A stretch of DNA of 64,000 bases from Trichoplax sp. H2 (taxonomy: Eukaryota): NCBI GenBank assembly GCA_003344405.1, contig NOWV01000010.1, positions 62,001 to 126,000 on the forward strand. The letters run 5' to 3'. Each line of letters opens with the position of its first letter. The first letter of the stretch is position 1. The translations under genes were made by a program, and so were the position numbers. Under the pieces are notes generated by a model that saw only the letters and a list, made by a program, of their open reading frames with translations, did no database searches and was not told the DNA's origin. This document shows, in pieces, positions 27,595 to 40,771 of this stretch.

Positions 27595-28944
27595 TTATTG
27601 TTTTCTCCATGCGATATCCATGTACCGAGTTATTTCTGTGTTTTGTCGTGGATGATGAATGCGTTTGTCTTTGGAATGTATCTGAAGCAATGATTTAATG
27701 TCAGGTTAATAAAGGCTGCCATATTATATCGCAGTATCTATCTGCATTGACAAACTAAAATAATATTACCAGAGGTTCGGTGTACCATCCTATTTCTTGA
27801 GCTTCAGTTTGTGGTTCCATGTATTTATGGCTGGGTGTATCATGCGAATGCTTCACTTTTTCGAGAAAATTTGCTATATTGTGTAGTTAACGCAGTAGAA
27901 TAAAGATTTATGATTCATATGATATACGGTACAGTTTGATGGCTTAATTGGTAATTGTTATGGAAAATAAAGCTTATATGTAATAGTTAAAAATCTGAAA
28001 GTTGTAGATTTACTTTACGCTTTAAAATTATGCAACACAGACGCTAACTGGAATCATCACAAATACTTTACATTTGTCATGAACATCGAGTCTACTTAAA
28101 GTGCCATCCTTTCAAATTTTATCGAACAGCTTTCAGTGGGAATAGAATTACTGAATTAGGTCTTAAGTACTGTAACATCAACATTGAAAATAAAATTATA
28201 TATTGCGTTATTAACTTATTATGTGTTTATGACTTTACTCCGACAGCACGAAAACTAGTGCCTTAGTTGCATTTTGTGTTTGTCTATGCTTACATACAAT
28301 GCATAGTCCTGTACATATACATATAGATTTCTGCAATACATTTTGCACTATCCATTGCATTGGTTACATTCTACTGTTTAGTTATATATGTTATATATTT
28401 TAAAAATAAATCCCAACTTCTGCATTACATTTTAAAACTCAAAGTGTAATTTGAGCTAACTCATAAGTAGGACGAATCTATAAAAACATAACAGTCACTT
28501 ACAGTCTGTATTGCTATCGTTGAAGTCTTCATTTTCATTGACTTTGCTCGTTAGTGTATAAACTATATTAGGATTAAAATGGTGACGTTAGGATTTAATT
28601 ATAATATTGCTTCTACCTTGGAGTGTTATATGGCTTTAAAAAAAATATCGGGAAGCGACGATAATATGATTGTCTATATTATACTCTTGTGATAGAAATA
28701 CAGAGATGCTTTTCACTAATAAATAAATCGTATTGTAAACAGTTTTTCCGTAATAAGATCAACCATGATTTATTGCCTTACGTTTGTTATAAGGGTTTAC
28801 ATTAAAGGTAGTATAGATCCTTTGCTGGCGTTGCTCTTTTTTGATAGTTTCGCAAAGGATATCATTCTGATGAACGAAGTTCAGTGGTTCCGTGTCTATC
28901 TGTTTCTTCTTGTTAACCGTTGTCCGATTCTTAGTGTCAGCCAT
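27595..28944 (-). CDS. CFAP144: Cilia- and flagella-associated protein 144 (FAM183 family), 4 exons
   Basis: Exon 1 28944-28782 ..FVHQNDILCETIKKEQRQQRIYTTFNVNPYNK; later exons LYTLTSK.., PSHKYMEPQTEAQEIGWYTEPL, IHSKDKRIHHPRQNTEITRYMDIAWRKQ*. These match FAM183 motifs VHQNxIL, P..KY..PQTE.QEIGW and EITxY. Confidence 0.9.
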
Positions 28945-28950
28945 GATCTC

Positions 28951-28964
28951 GTTCCTATAGTAAC
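28951..28964. promoter_or_regulatory. RFX X-box motif
   Basis: GTTCCT-AT-AGTAAC fits the X-box consensus GTYNCY-AT-RGNAAC and lies 7-20 bp upstream of the CFAP144 ATG. Confidence 0.7.
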
Positions 28965-28967
28965 GAT

Positions 28968-29240
28968 GTACTGTGCAGTAAGCAATATTTATATATTACA
29001 GAGTATACGTACAGTATAGTACAGTACATTCATTAGGACTCCACCGGCTAAAGTATTGAGATTGCGTAGTTATCTTACCCTGCATAGAGTCTGATCAGAG
29101 GTAAATCCCGTACATTTACTGCATTTACAGAGTGAAACTAATGCTGATGTTTCTTTACATACGAGCATGAAGAATTATATTATCATACAGTGTAATAAAT
29201 AAAGCACCACAATATAGTAATATAGTACTGTACAGTAGTA
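28968..29240. repeat. Short TACAG/CTGTA clusters in the CFAP144 / GNAT-PARP divergent promoter
   Basis: gtacagtatagtacagtac (~29009-29027) and agtactgtacagta (~29224-29237); weaker than the other arrays. Confidence 0.6.
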
Positions 29241-29497
29241 TATTTAGTATATTTTGTGCGAAGTATCCCAAGCGAGATATTTCATTAGTCATTTTATTAA
29301 TAGTTGAAAAGTTCAGTGTAGCGTCTTTGTCAGTCAAATTAGGATGTTGTAAGCGAATAACCTGTTAGTAGTGATACATTAACACAGTGAGTAAGTAACT
29401 ATAATTAATAGAAAAAAATAATACTAAACTAAGTGTTAGATACTGTATGCGTGCATCTGGCTTTCATTTGAGCTCCTTCATGTAATAACCTTGTAGG

Positions 29498-32400
29498 ATG
29501 GCTTCCAGCTGGCACCACAGTAAGAATACAGAAATTGGGATTATAGAGGAGTTACCAAAACGAACATTTCGAAAGATTTCTGGCGACAGGTCGAGCAATT
29601 TTGAAACATCTGGAATTGTTGTTGATTTTAGAAAATTGCTTGTGAGTGAAAGAAGGATCATTGACTCGGTAAGAGAGGATTTGAGATCAAACTATCAAAA
29701 GACTGGATTTAATGCATCCGTGTATATATATATATATGTCTGCATTTATGCTGCAAATATTGGTAATTGTGACGGCTTGCATGTTGTTATTGACAGTCAA
29801 AAAGCAATGAATTTTATTGTAATGGTAGGAGGTGAAAATTAAAATTATAGTTACAGAGGCAATGAAGAAAATTTGAAGTTGTTACTGCCCAATTAATATG
29901 CATTAATTGCTAGGGTTTAGTTGGTAGAGAACTCGCTACCGCAGATAAATAAATATAAACTTATTATTGTGCACGTATGCTTTAATTAAGTACCGAAGAT
30001 ATACGTTCAACTATGCTGTTAATTTATATTAAAGGAAAATGAATATATTAACTAGCTGCTTGGTGTTATGCTTACTACAGTATATATTATTACATTAATA
30101 CGTATTTGAACGTGATGGACGTCGAACTTTCACATTTCAATCAATCGGATGGATGTTGACTTTTGGTGCTTGATTTATTATAAAGGCGTATTAATGATTT
30201 CAGATTTCAAATCGGGATCTCTTACATGCCATCGTTGGACTTTACGATATATGCCTGCCGGATGTCACTCCAGAGGTTATATACGATTGCGTGTGCGCAA
30301 GATTTTCCAAAACGGTTATTCTTTTGCGGGACATAAATGGTAAGAAATGTGATTTAGTAACATTTAATATGTTTAGATATCTATGTAATAGTATTATTTT
30401 TATATGATCAGTGTATTCGTAATTATTCATTGAAGTATTCTATACAAAAATCATTTTGTATAAATTTGGCATTACAAATTATATAGTAATACCAGTAATA
30501 CACTGGTGGAATACCGCTAGTAATCGGCAATCGCTTACCGAGATATTGAAAGAAAAGTTATGACGCTTTTGAGGCTAAAGGATACTTATATCGTACTTAC
30601 GCTTTGATTGACATTTCTGTGTTACTTTCGAGTTTAAGTTATATATTATTATTGCATCAAATAGGTATATTAGATACTTCTGCAATATTCTGATTCGATA
30701 CAGTGTCATGTAGCTAGTAATAATAGTTATGACGTTGTGTTCTTTAGAACTTCATGATTTCAATACAGTAGGTGGGGTAGCGAAGTTGGAGTTTGTAACA
30801 TTGAAAAATCGGGTAGTCGATTTGGTATTGATTACAAAAGAATTTGATGAATTCTAACTGTTTAAATAATGTTCCGAGCTATAGCAGTTCGATACGGCTC
30901 AGTCGGTTTAACAAAGCCTGTTCTGCTAACTGTAATTAGCATATAGATTACATAAATAATTTTATAATAGCAGATATTATTACTGATTCTCTAACGATTA
31001 AGATACTACGTAATAGTACAAGCTCTGACAGACAAGAAAAATCTTCTTACAACCACAGATCTCAGAAAAGAGGGACTAAGAACTATAATAATAGAATAAC
31101 GTTGCTGCTTAAATACGTTATTCAACTTGCTTATAATATAAAAGTTATAAACAACATCTCTAAACACTTACAGAACTTAGCTTGAGAGCAAAATTCTGTG
31201 ATTATTGTTATATTCTACGACGCAGAAATCAATATAGTTAAATAATAATTGCTATAAACATTGCTTGTACGGTTTACACCTATTATTGTTAACTGTCTAA
31301 TAAATGCGTCTCACAATAACTATCTTAGTCAAATGGTATTTTCTAAAAGGCTTTTATTGCAAGGTTTTAGGAATAGTGGAGCAATAATTAATTACTACAA
31401 GAACCTAGTCCAAATCTAAACTATTCTGAGCTCAAAGCGAAGTGAAGTCTCTTCTCTTCCGTGAGCTCATCTCTGCGGTTATTATAAACATTTCGTTAAA
31501 TCCATTTATGACAAATTGATTAATTTACAATCAGACATGAGTCATCAAACAAAATACTTTTCTGTAATAGTAAGTCATTATTTTCCACAATCTGAATCAT
31601 TCTACTTAAGATGTCACTACTCTCCTATTAACGTCTAGGCCCTTTCTCCGCATAGCATCTTAACAACTATAGTGTTTCTAGCCATATAAATCTTGTATCA
31701 TAATTAGTCAACTGGCTACTATTAGTCATCAACAATTTCTAATATAGTAGTTAGCAATCGTTTAATATTAGCTTCGCGATGATATCTATTCAAAGTAACC
31801 TAGCTATATCAAATATAGCTATCCGTATAATCGAATATGGCTGCATCACTACACTGTCTTAGATTTTATGATTATTTTTAAGTTATATCTAATTTACTTG
31901 TACAGTACATAGTACGTTGACAACAATAGCTTATTTAACAGTATCACTACAGTCGGTTGCAAATGTCTTGGATGTTTATCCAGTACTTTAAAATTTAGAA
32001 GATGCAATCATTATTACGACTGCACAATGAAATTTTTTGTACAGTATATAGCCTGCGGAGAAGAGTGGGACCTTTGTCTGTATTGGTTAAATACTAGTAG
32101 ATTGGTGTGGGAGACTTTAATTACTTTATTCATTTCATGCATGAATACATGCTGTACGACAATATTTTCTTGTTATATAATTTAAAATCTCTATGATAGG
32201 TTTATCACGAAATGAGATTATTAGCATGTATAAGTAGCTTCTATAGTATAATCTGATTACAATATTAACTGATTCTGTTGGACTATTGAACAATAGTAAT
32301 ACATCTTCACTTAAGTTTAAAATTTATAGTATTTAAGTTTATAGATTAAATATATTCGCCTAAATGTAATCGCAGATATATATTATCACTTATTAGTGAT

Positions 32401-35400
32401 TCATCGGTCATTATCTTATTTTCGAGAATGCTATCGCGTACCCTAGTTTTTAGAATGTGTTCTTAGCAGCATTAGCTTAGTTCAGTTCAATAACAATAAA
32501 GATTTAGTCCAATATTCTAGCTTTATCGGATTCGTCTGAAAATTTCTGGCTAATCTTCCTTGTTACAAAGTAGAAGTATTTCGAAACTGTAACAGGATTG
32601 CAAAATTCCCATTCTTAGAGCCGTCTCATTTTTTTATACTAGATATCAAAGGATCAATGATAGTAAATGAGCAAAAGGAGCAAAATGACTGTGATGTGGA
32701 TGATGGAGGCTCTACCAAGTCTGTTGATCAAGGTGAAATATGTTGTATCTATCTGTAATTGGCATGCATTGTGTTCATATTGTGCATGGGAAATCTCATT
32801 TTATGCATTGTGTACAAATAGTTTTGTGTCGCTAGAGGTGGCTATGTAGTAGATATCAAGTTGGTTATCTTATATAATAACTAGTTGCTTTGCATTCCTT
32901 ATACCGTATCCAGCAGTTTGTGGAGTTGCAAACCCTGAAACGCCGATAATGAAATTAAGAATATGATAAAACACGCATTTACAGATTAAGACTCTAGTAA
33001 ATCCTTACTTGAAAATTCTTTTAAAATTTAGTATTTAGAGGCGAACAGAGAAGTATCTTTACGGGAATTTATAGCGATTCAGAAGAAAGCGTATTGGCTT
33101 CGTCGGCGGATAGGTCTGTTGATTGGTATTCCTGTATAAAAGAACATCTACATCATCAATTACATATTCGTCAACTTTAGTAGTTAAATGCTAAATGTCG
33201 GAAGAGGCTTCAGCCTAATGGAGATTACGAAAGATTAAATACAATGGATAATCACTTTTCTATATTAAAGCTTAAATCTGTGTGATTATAATTCCTTAAG
33301 CATTTATTTAAGGATATAAAGCTAGAGTTTGCAAATAAGTCTTAATGATGTGCGTACGCATAATTTTATACATACCGTACAGTGTACGAGTTCACTTGCG
33401 GAAATGATATCAGATATTTTTTGGGCTTATAGCAGTGAAAGCGATAACTCTGAAGAGGAGAATTATAGTGCTGGAATTGATGACTTTATAGAGGCCGCCC
33501 GTGAACGTCGTAGAATGATTGCGGATTCTACAGGTAGTAATAGATAGGCTTAAATTAGTACCGATAACAGTTGGCTTACCTGAATGAAAAGTAGGATAAT
33601 TTAATGATTGTCTGTTAATATTATAAGGATTGGTAGATCTCGTAGTGCGGTAGACGAGAGATGTGTAGTTTTGTTAGCGATTGATCCTTAGTATTAGAGT
33701 CGCATTGTAGGCTAATGGCAGCGAGGACAAGCATTTCAGCAGGCTCATAGTAGCTTGGTTTGTCGTTACAAATTTCGATTTACAACAGTGTCAAATTGGT
33801 CCTGTCTTGGTGATTAATTTAATTTGAACTGGTTGTAGGCCTGTACTAATTCTATATAATCAATCTGATTGAAAACATTGATAAATTTGTTGAGTAGATG
33901 TGGATATAAAATGGAATGATTGATTAATTTATGCCATTAGAAATTGATAGACAAGATGTAGGAGTTGTCGGTCTCACTGAAAACTTGACATCATATTGTA
34001 CTTGGTACGACGGATTCTATGTTAATAGGGGGAGTATTGTCTACGAAGTTGATTGGTCCTGAATGCTTGTTAGTAGGATGTGCTACATTTGAAAGGGCTT
34101 ACAGGTATGGTAACAATTGAACGATTTGTACTGTGCAATATTGCTTCATAGCTGTTGAGGTAATCTGCTCAAAGCTACTAGTTGATTAATTATTGCGGCA
34201 TACGCGGACAATTTGCACTAACAATTTGTGTATTAAGACATTTATCTGGAGATTATTTATTCGAGAGCACCTAATTTAAAAAACGGAGGCATTAGTGATA
34301 AAGTAAATCGAAAGTAAGAACCTTATTCATTTCTTTACAGTTTAAATTAATAACATGAAGTCTTGTAATACTGCACGTTTTGTATATTGTATTTTTAGGA
34401 GTGTAATGCTAATTGCGATAGTTACTTTATTTACAGTTGACGGCTTGTGAGAGGGAAATTTCAGTAAAAATCTATAACTTGCAAATGGTTGGAAGTATCT
34501 TATTTAACCATTGGTCTATTGATACGCTAGTTTTACTTATAATTAGCTTGATTTTATATCGCTTCGCTAATAAAAGTATTATATTAAACATTTCAACTTT
34601 TTCGTAATATTTATGACAATAAGCAATGTTTAATGCCATAGTGTGATAAATATGCTCCTGTTATATATACAGTATAATTATTATTTACAACAAGTACTAA
34701 TCACGAAACGATTTCGAGTAAAATTGAATTTAATTACTGATTTTGGTTAACCAAATTTCTACAACGGGAAATTATCGTTTCAAGAATAAGTACCATTCTA
34801 ACTCTATTGATATAGCTTCTTATATATCTAGTTTGTTTACGACACCCAAAATAATTGAGAAGAAATAGCTGAATCAATCATTTACCCATTAGACTTAGTA
34901 TTAAAATGAATGAATCTCTACGATTACTATAGCTTCCTACGAAACTGAGATTGGTAAACTTATGGTATTGGCAACATGACAATACTTGTACTAGCTGTCA
35001 TTAATAATTTATAAATGACTCAAAACTGTTGACGAGGGCATGCATTATGTTATTATACACCGCTCGTGCATGATGTTGTGGATTGCATTTGGTTACGTGA
35101 TAATATAATATTTGATAAGATTAAAGTACAAAATAGCCTGCGATTAGTACCGTTCACAGCAACCTGGACCAGTTTAAATTTCAAAATTTTAGCGTAAATG
35201 CACTTCTCATAGCTTTGCAAGGTAATGCTGTTCTTTGGGTCATGAAATATACTTGAAATTGTTACAAAGGAATGCTAAATTATCAAGCGTGTTAATGATG
35301 TTATTACCTACGAGCTTAGTTTCATTTTTTAATGTAGACGAGGAAATGAGAGAGTTGGACAGATTAGTTTGCTGGCTGTGAGAAATAGATATAGGCGATG

Positions 35401-38400
35401 CCATATTGGAAAGTATCTGCTGGAGGTAATTTTTATATGCAATTCTTTACGCCAGCATTGTCATGTTATATGCGAGCGAGATGTATATGCAACTTTTTTA
35501 TTGCCTTGAGATCGTTTGTGAAAGAGAGTAAGTATGACCATAATAGAGTGTAGGTCAAGTCAAATGGCTGAATAGAATTAGAAATGTTGCTAGCTATATT
35601 TAATTTTTATTCGATTTAAAATATAAGAGTTACTTGGATGTAAGTTTTATTTAATATCCCAGTTGAACTGTCGATGAAGATGTACATGCGTGATATTGCA
35701 GTAGAGTATTTGCTTACCAATAGAATATTCCAATGAGTTTACGATTAAGTTTTCATTTGACTGTCTTGAGGAATTATTATTGCAAAGTAAATTAATTTTT
35801 TATGTTATATGATTATTTTGTGTATTTTTCTTGTAATTTATCGGTGAAATTGTTTTAATTGATAGATAATTATGAATGTGAATATAATGGGGGAATACGA
35901 TGCGATCGCAGCGTACGTAGATGACGGTGCCAAAGATTTCTTTTTAAATAATGGATTCACCGATGATGTCTTGCTAAACAGCCGGTACAAGTATGTGCGA
36001 ATGCAGTGCAGTTTAAGAGATCCATATGTATAATACTTTGAGACGTTTAATTATTTAAGACCTTTAGTATGTAGAATCATCAAGCTCGATATTTTTCAAA
36101 CTATACATAATATAATTAATGAATTATTGGCCAACCTCTTTGCTCGTAGTTGTTTAGTTTTTGGAAAAGGTTGCTTTTTACAGGTTAAGGCTTATGAGTA
36201 TATGTCCATGAGGCTTTATTTTGAGTGCAGTAGTAACATAATTAATTACTGTACTTATATACTGTAAGTGAAGTCTCTTGATCAAGTGGATACAAAATTA
36301 ACTCAGTGTTCAAGTGGTGGTAGTTGTGTTAAAAATTTAATCCTTTTGGAAGTACTGTACTTTATGAAAAATGTACATTGTAGTAAAGTTAGATTTATAG
36401 ATTTCTATTGACATGGACTTCTTTTGAAATTTTGGTTTGTTACCGTCTGTATCACTAAAGGACAGTCAATTTATTGTGATAGCATACTGTACTTTTAAAT
36501 TAAATTATTATTATAACTCTTTCTTTACCTTATTAGGAAGTATATCAATCACTGGATTAACAGTACATTGATGTGCTACTTGCCAATGGTTTCAGGTAGA
36601 GGAATAGCTAGATTGACAGTAAACAGCAGTGTAGGCGTAAAAATTTACATTGAACAGCAACATAGGTTTTAAAAATGACATCAATACGAAAGAATTAATT
36701 ACTTTAAAGTAGAACAATGTAATGCATACCCTGTATTGTCGCAACGTTCATTGTAGGTGTTTTACCGTTCGATAACAATTTGTATTTGACTGAACGCTTT
36801 AGCTGTTAATATAAACAACGCCGGTAGTCTTGATGAAATTGTTGAAGAATGTGAAAAATGGTGAGTTAGAAAAAGGATTATAGTATTGATAGAACGTGTT
36901 GATTTAGTGTTGAAATTGTAGTTGTAATTCGATGTAATACTGGATATATAAAAAACGGGTATACCGATTTTAGGAGACAGAAAAGTCTCGAGGCTTATCA
37001 AATGCAAGCTGGCTGCATGTTCAAGATGGTACATGAAAACCATCAGCTTAGGAAAACGGTCGATAAATTGAAGATTCTTTCTCTGTGTTTATTGTATATA
37101 TAAATTCTTGTAATCAAATGCATCATAATAATAATAATAATAATAATAATGTGCCATTTGTCTTGGAAATAACCGTTATGCTATGAAATAGGTAAAAGAG
37201 CAGACTGAGTTGATCAAAGATTTGGAAGATCGCTTAAGTAGAAAACAGCAGCAATTGGAATATATTGGTATTACTTACTATAGACTAGTACTGCATCAAT
37301 ATGGAATAGTGGAGCAGGAATTAACTTCAATGTTGTGATTTGAAATGTAGAAAAAGAATTTACTAGGTATCGTCAGAAAGTTGCAGTAGGTAAATGCACA
37401 TGTTTGGTTTGGTAGTTATCATTGCTCGTAATACGTTTTATTTGAATTCGGTTGGATGTGTCAATAGAAAGTTGACATGGTGGTAAGAAATGAAATTTAT
37501 TATGATGTATTTCTGTTGCCAGATTCTAGAGAGTTGTCAAGAATGACTGAAGATGTAGAAAGGCTACATTTGAGTTATAATAGATCACAAAGTATGACTG
37601 ATTAGTTTTGGGTGTTGATGGAAATATTAATATAATAATAGGTAATTATAGAAATTTGTAGCTGTCCATTGAAGTAAGGAAATTTTTTGTTGATATGGTT
37701 TCGCAGATTTTGTTGGGAAGTTTGGTTGTAGAGATGAAATTCTGAAAGAATTACGGTATCCAGTTGAGGAATTTGTAAAGTGTATGGAACAATGTATGCA
37801 ATCTGGTAGCAGCGTTGAAGTACAAGAAATCTATCAGGTTAAATATGGATTATTATTTTTCTATTAAACGACGAGATTTCCATCGCCTCTTTTATATAGA
37901 GAATATGTGATTGTTGTTTTCTACTACGGTGGGGCAGGAAATAGACTATAAATGGTAGTTGTTATTATTATTATGATTATTTAGTCCTAGAAGATGTCAA
38001 CTGCTAGTATTATTATATTATTATTATTTAAGAATAGCATTGACATAGTAGGGTATGTGCTTGGTTTATAGGTTTCTGAGAATACTAAATCAAAAATTCA
38101 AAATAATTTTGATTCTTGCGTGAACTCTTTTGGAGATAATGCTTCTGTGCTAACGTTGTATTATTGTGGAGGTAAAAGCGGCTTAAAGGGAATATTAGAA
38201 AATGGTTTTACTACAGAAGGTAAAAGCTATGTAGTAGGACACGATAAGACAATCGTGCATACCGTTAGTGTAGTTAGCTTAAGGTAATAATTGATGCTGT
38301 GCTTTTAAAACAATTAGGTTGTCCAGTACGGTACAATAGAGAATTATGAGCTAACTTAGTTAGTCCTAGTTGATGTCATTGCTACCCAATTGTATTTTAT

Positions 38401-39749
38401 TTATTTACTTACAATACTGTAATCAAAGATTGTCAACGTGTAGCAATAGGATTAACTGATTTTATTATGGAGTATTTATTGATGGATATAATCAGTTGTA
38501 CTTGATACAAATGCGGTAGTGCAGTACTGGAGAGTATGATCGTAGTAGTAGTTTATTATGATTTCATTTGGAGTGCAATATTCGTTTAGGTGAGGGATAA
38601 GGAATAGCGTAAAAAGTGGGATATTGACAGGGTGATTTCTACTTGTAGTAGTGTGTATTTTTAGAGTATTGATGATGATAATATGATAATAATTATAATA
38701 ATTTATTGCTGTGATTCATTCATTCATTCAATTATTGTTATGGACGTATGGTAAAAATACGAACGTGAAAGAATTTGTAAGAGATATTTTTGGGCAAGGG
38801 TTGTATTTTTCAAAATACGCAACACAAGCGATTTATTTCAGCAAGGTAATGAAGTCAATGTACTGTACTTTTTGTTTATTTATGATGTGGAAGTGTTGCA
38901 GTAGGTAGGTTTGTAATGGATAAGTAGGAAAGTTAACGTCAGTATAAATTACGTAAGATATAGTAATAATAATATAGGAGTAGTAGTACAGTACAGTAGA
39001 GAAATGATAATGCTGTCTATCATTGTTATGATGATTAGTGAAACGTATACAGTCGATGTACTGTACAGTATTTCATAATATGCATAATAGAGCAATAAAG
39101 AGAATAATTTATGTTGCGAATTTTTATTGTAGCCAGATGAGGTTTTGATTGCAAGAGTGGCTCTTGGTCGAGTAGAGTCGGTTGTGAGAAGTGATGAAAA
39201 CTGGTACAATTGTGCTTGTGTTTTTGTAGCATTCTATGTTGATTGATGATTGTGTTTGTTCATTCGACGTTGTATCTTTGCTTGTGTTAGTTGCACACCA
39301 CCGGAAGGTTTTGATTCTATCTTGGTAAGGAGGAGCTAGTGTGTATGATTATAATTCATTAGTGATGTTAAGTTTCGTGTCTTTTGTGTTGGTATGGGTA
39401 GAAAATATATTTATTTATGAATTAAGAAAGTACTAATATAGACTTTGCTGTATGGCTAGTGATAATTGATGTTATGGCTTGTGTATGTGTCAATGATGTG
39501 AATTGATATTTTATGGCAGACTAAAGGAAGACATTCTATAACTTATCAAAGAGATCCACTGTATAAGCATGAATATATTCTATTTCGTCCTGAGCAGGTA
39601 CTATCATACTCAATCACATCAAGGTAGTCGATTGCGTAGATACTGTATAATGACAGGAGATTCACTAAGTAGGTTGATTGGAATTTGGTCTATAGGCGAT
39701 GCCTATCTGTGCTGTGAAGTACGTGATTAAAACAAGAAGCGGCCCTTAG
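29498..39749 (+). CDS. Multidomain protein: MATH-like N-terminus (tentative), acidic linker, GCN5/PCAF-like GNAT domain, coiled coil, PARP-type ADP-ribosyltransferase domain
   Basis: Spliced: ..CATFERAYR|RGNERVGQISLLAVRNRYRRCHIGKYLLE|IIMN..YDAIAAYVDDGAKDFFLNNGFTDDVLLNSRYK|KYINHWINSTLMCYLP (GNAT); coiled-coil exons ~36800-37570; ART: LTLYYCGG..GILENGF, DIFGQGLYFSKYATQAIYFS, VLIARVALG, PPEGFDSI, KHEYILFRPEQ|AMPICAVKY..* (TAG 39747-39749). Phases are consistent from ~34078 to the end; exon joins from 30340 to 34000 are uncertain. Confidence 0.75.
30909..31953 (+). repeat. Dispersed repeat copy B (intronic), with ~560 bp extra sequence (31293-31856) relative to copy A
   Basis: By-eye alignment to the reverse complement of 10087-10568. 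Confidence 0.8.
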
Positions 39750-40455
39750 AGTATGCTACTACACTAGCTGAACATGGTAGAAAGATTTGGAAAAGAGAGA
39801 TTTTCGATTTAGTGAAGATTGGGAAATTAGTATGTGTATGTCTAGTTTTATGCTATTGAAATTATAGTGTCAATTGTCCTTACTGATAGGTGATTGATAT
39901 CATTGGAGGTAGATATTACGGTTAGTGTGAGTTGTCGCGCATCACGATTTTGGAGAATTTAAAGTGTCAATTAATAAATTAACGAAATCAACAGAATCCT
40001 GTACAGTGGAGTTGTTATGAAGTAAGAGTACTAAGTGTGAAATATGTATTTTTTGTATTAAGCATACGTACCGCTGCCATGTGTAGAAATATGTAGTGGA
40101 AAAAATCAGTATGGGTAAAATGTGGTAGCGAGGTGAAATTGATATACAGTACTGTATTGTAGGATTATAAGGGGAAGGGAACTGTAGAGTGAATCCCTCC
40201 TGTAGATATTAACTTTATAATCTTCTTACCTATGGAAAATTTGGTAATTTGCGATACTCTGGAAACGTAATTGTTACTTTTTAATTAGTGCACAGTATGG
40301 TTCTATTTTATAAGTATCGGATACTTTTTGAGTACTGCAAAGCGGATATAATGTACAGTAGGTCTTTTCTTTTTGAAAGCACATGGCAGCCGCCGCGTGT
40401 TGCGTGTTTTTTACGCGTCGTCAACGCATGTTTTCATAAGCAATACTGCTTTGAA

Positions 40456-40622
40456 GTACAGTACAGTGTACAGTACAGTGTACAGTACACGAGGACTTGT
40501 AAAGTACTGTACAGTACAGTATAACAATGTTACAGTACGGTACAGAGCAGCTCTGTATTGGCAGGTACTGTACTGTACTGTACTGTACGAATACTTACCA
40601 AGTTACAGTACTTAGTACTGTA
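40456..40622. repeat. TACAG/CTGTA array upstream of U6
   Basis: gtacagtacagtgtacagtacagtgtacag.. and gtactgtactgtactgtactgtac. Confidence 0.9.
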
Positions 40623-40682
40623 AAAAATGCAAATAAGCACATATTAAAGCGCCTATAATAGAAGTAAAAGATTCTTAAGTTA

Positions 40683-40694
40683 CATATATATTAA
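40683..40694 (+). promoter_or_regulatory. TATA box of the U6 Pol III type-3 promoter
   Basis: catatatattaa about 30 bp upstream of the predicted +1 G at 40715. Confidence 0.6.
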
Positions 40695-40714
40695 TACGTG
40701 AACTTTAACCTAAC

Positions 40715-40736
40715 GTATTACCTTGTGTAATACATT

Positions 40737-40771
<35 letters not shown>

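Noticed and set aside
37127-37150. (AAT)n microsatellite in an intron
   Set aside because: Ordinary simple repeat.
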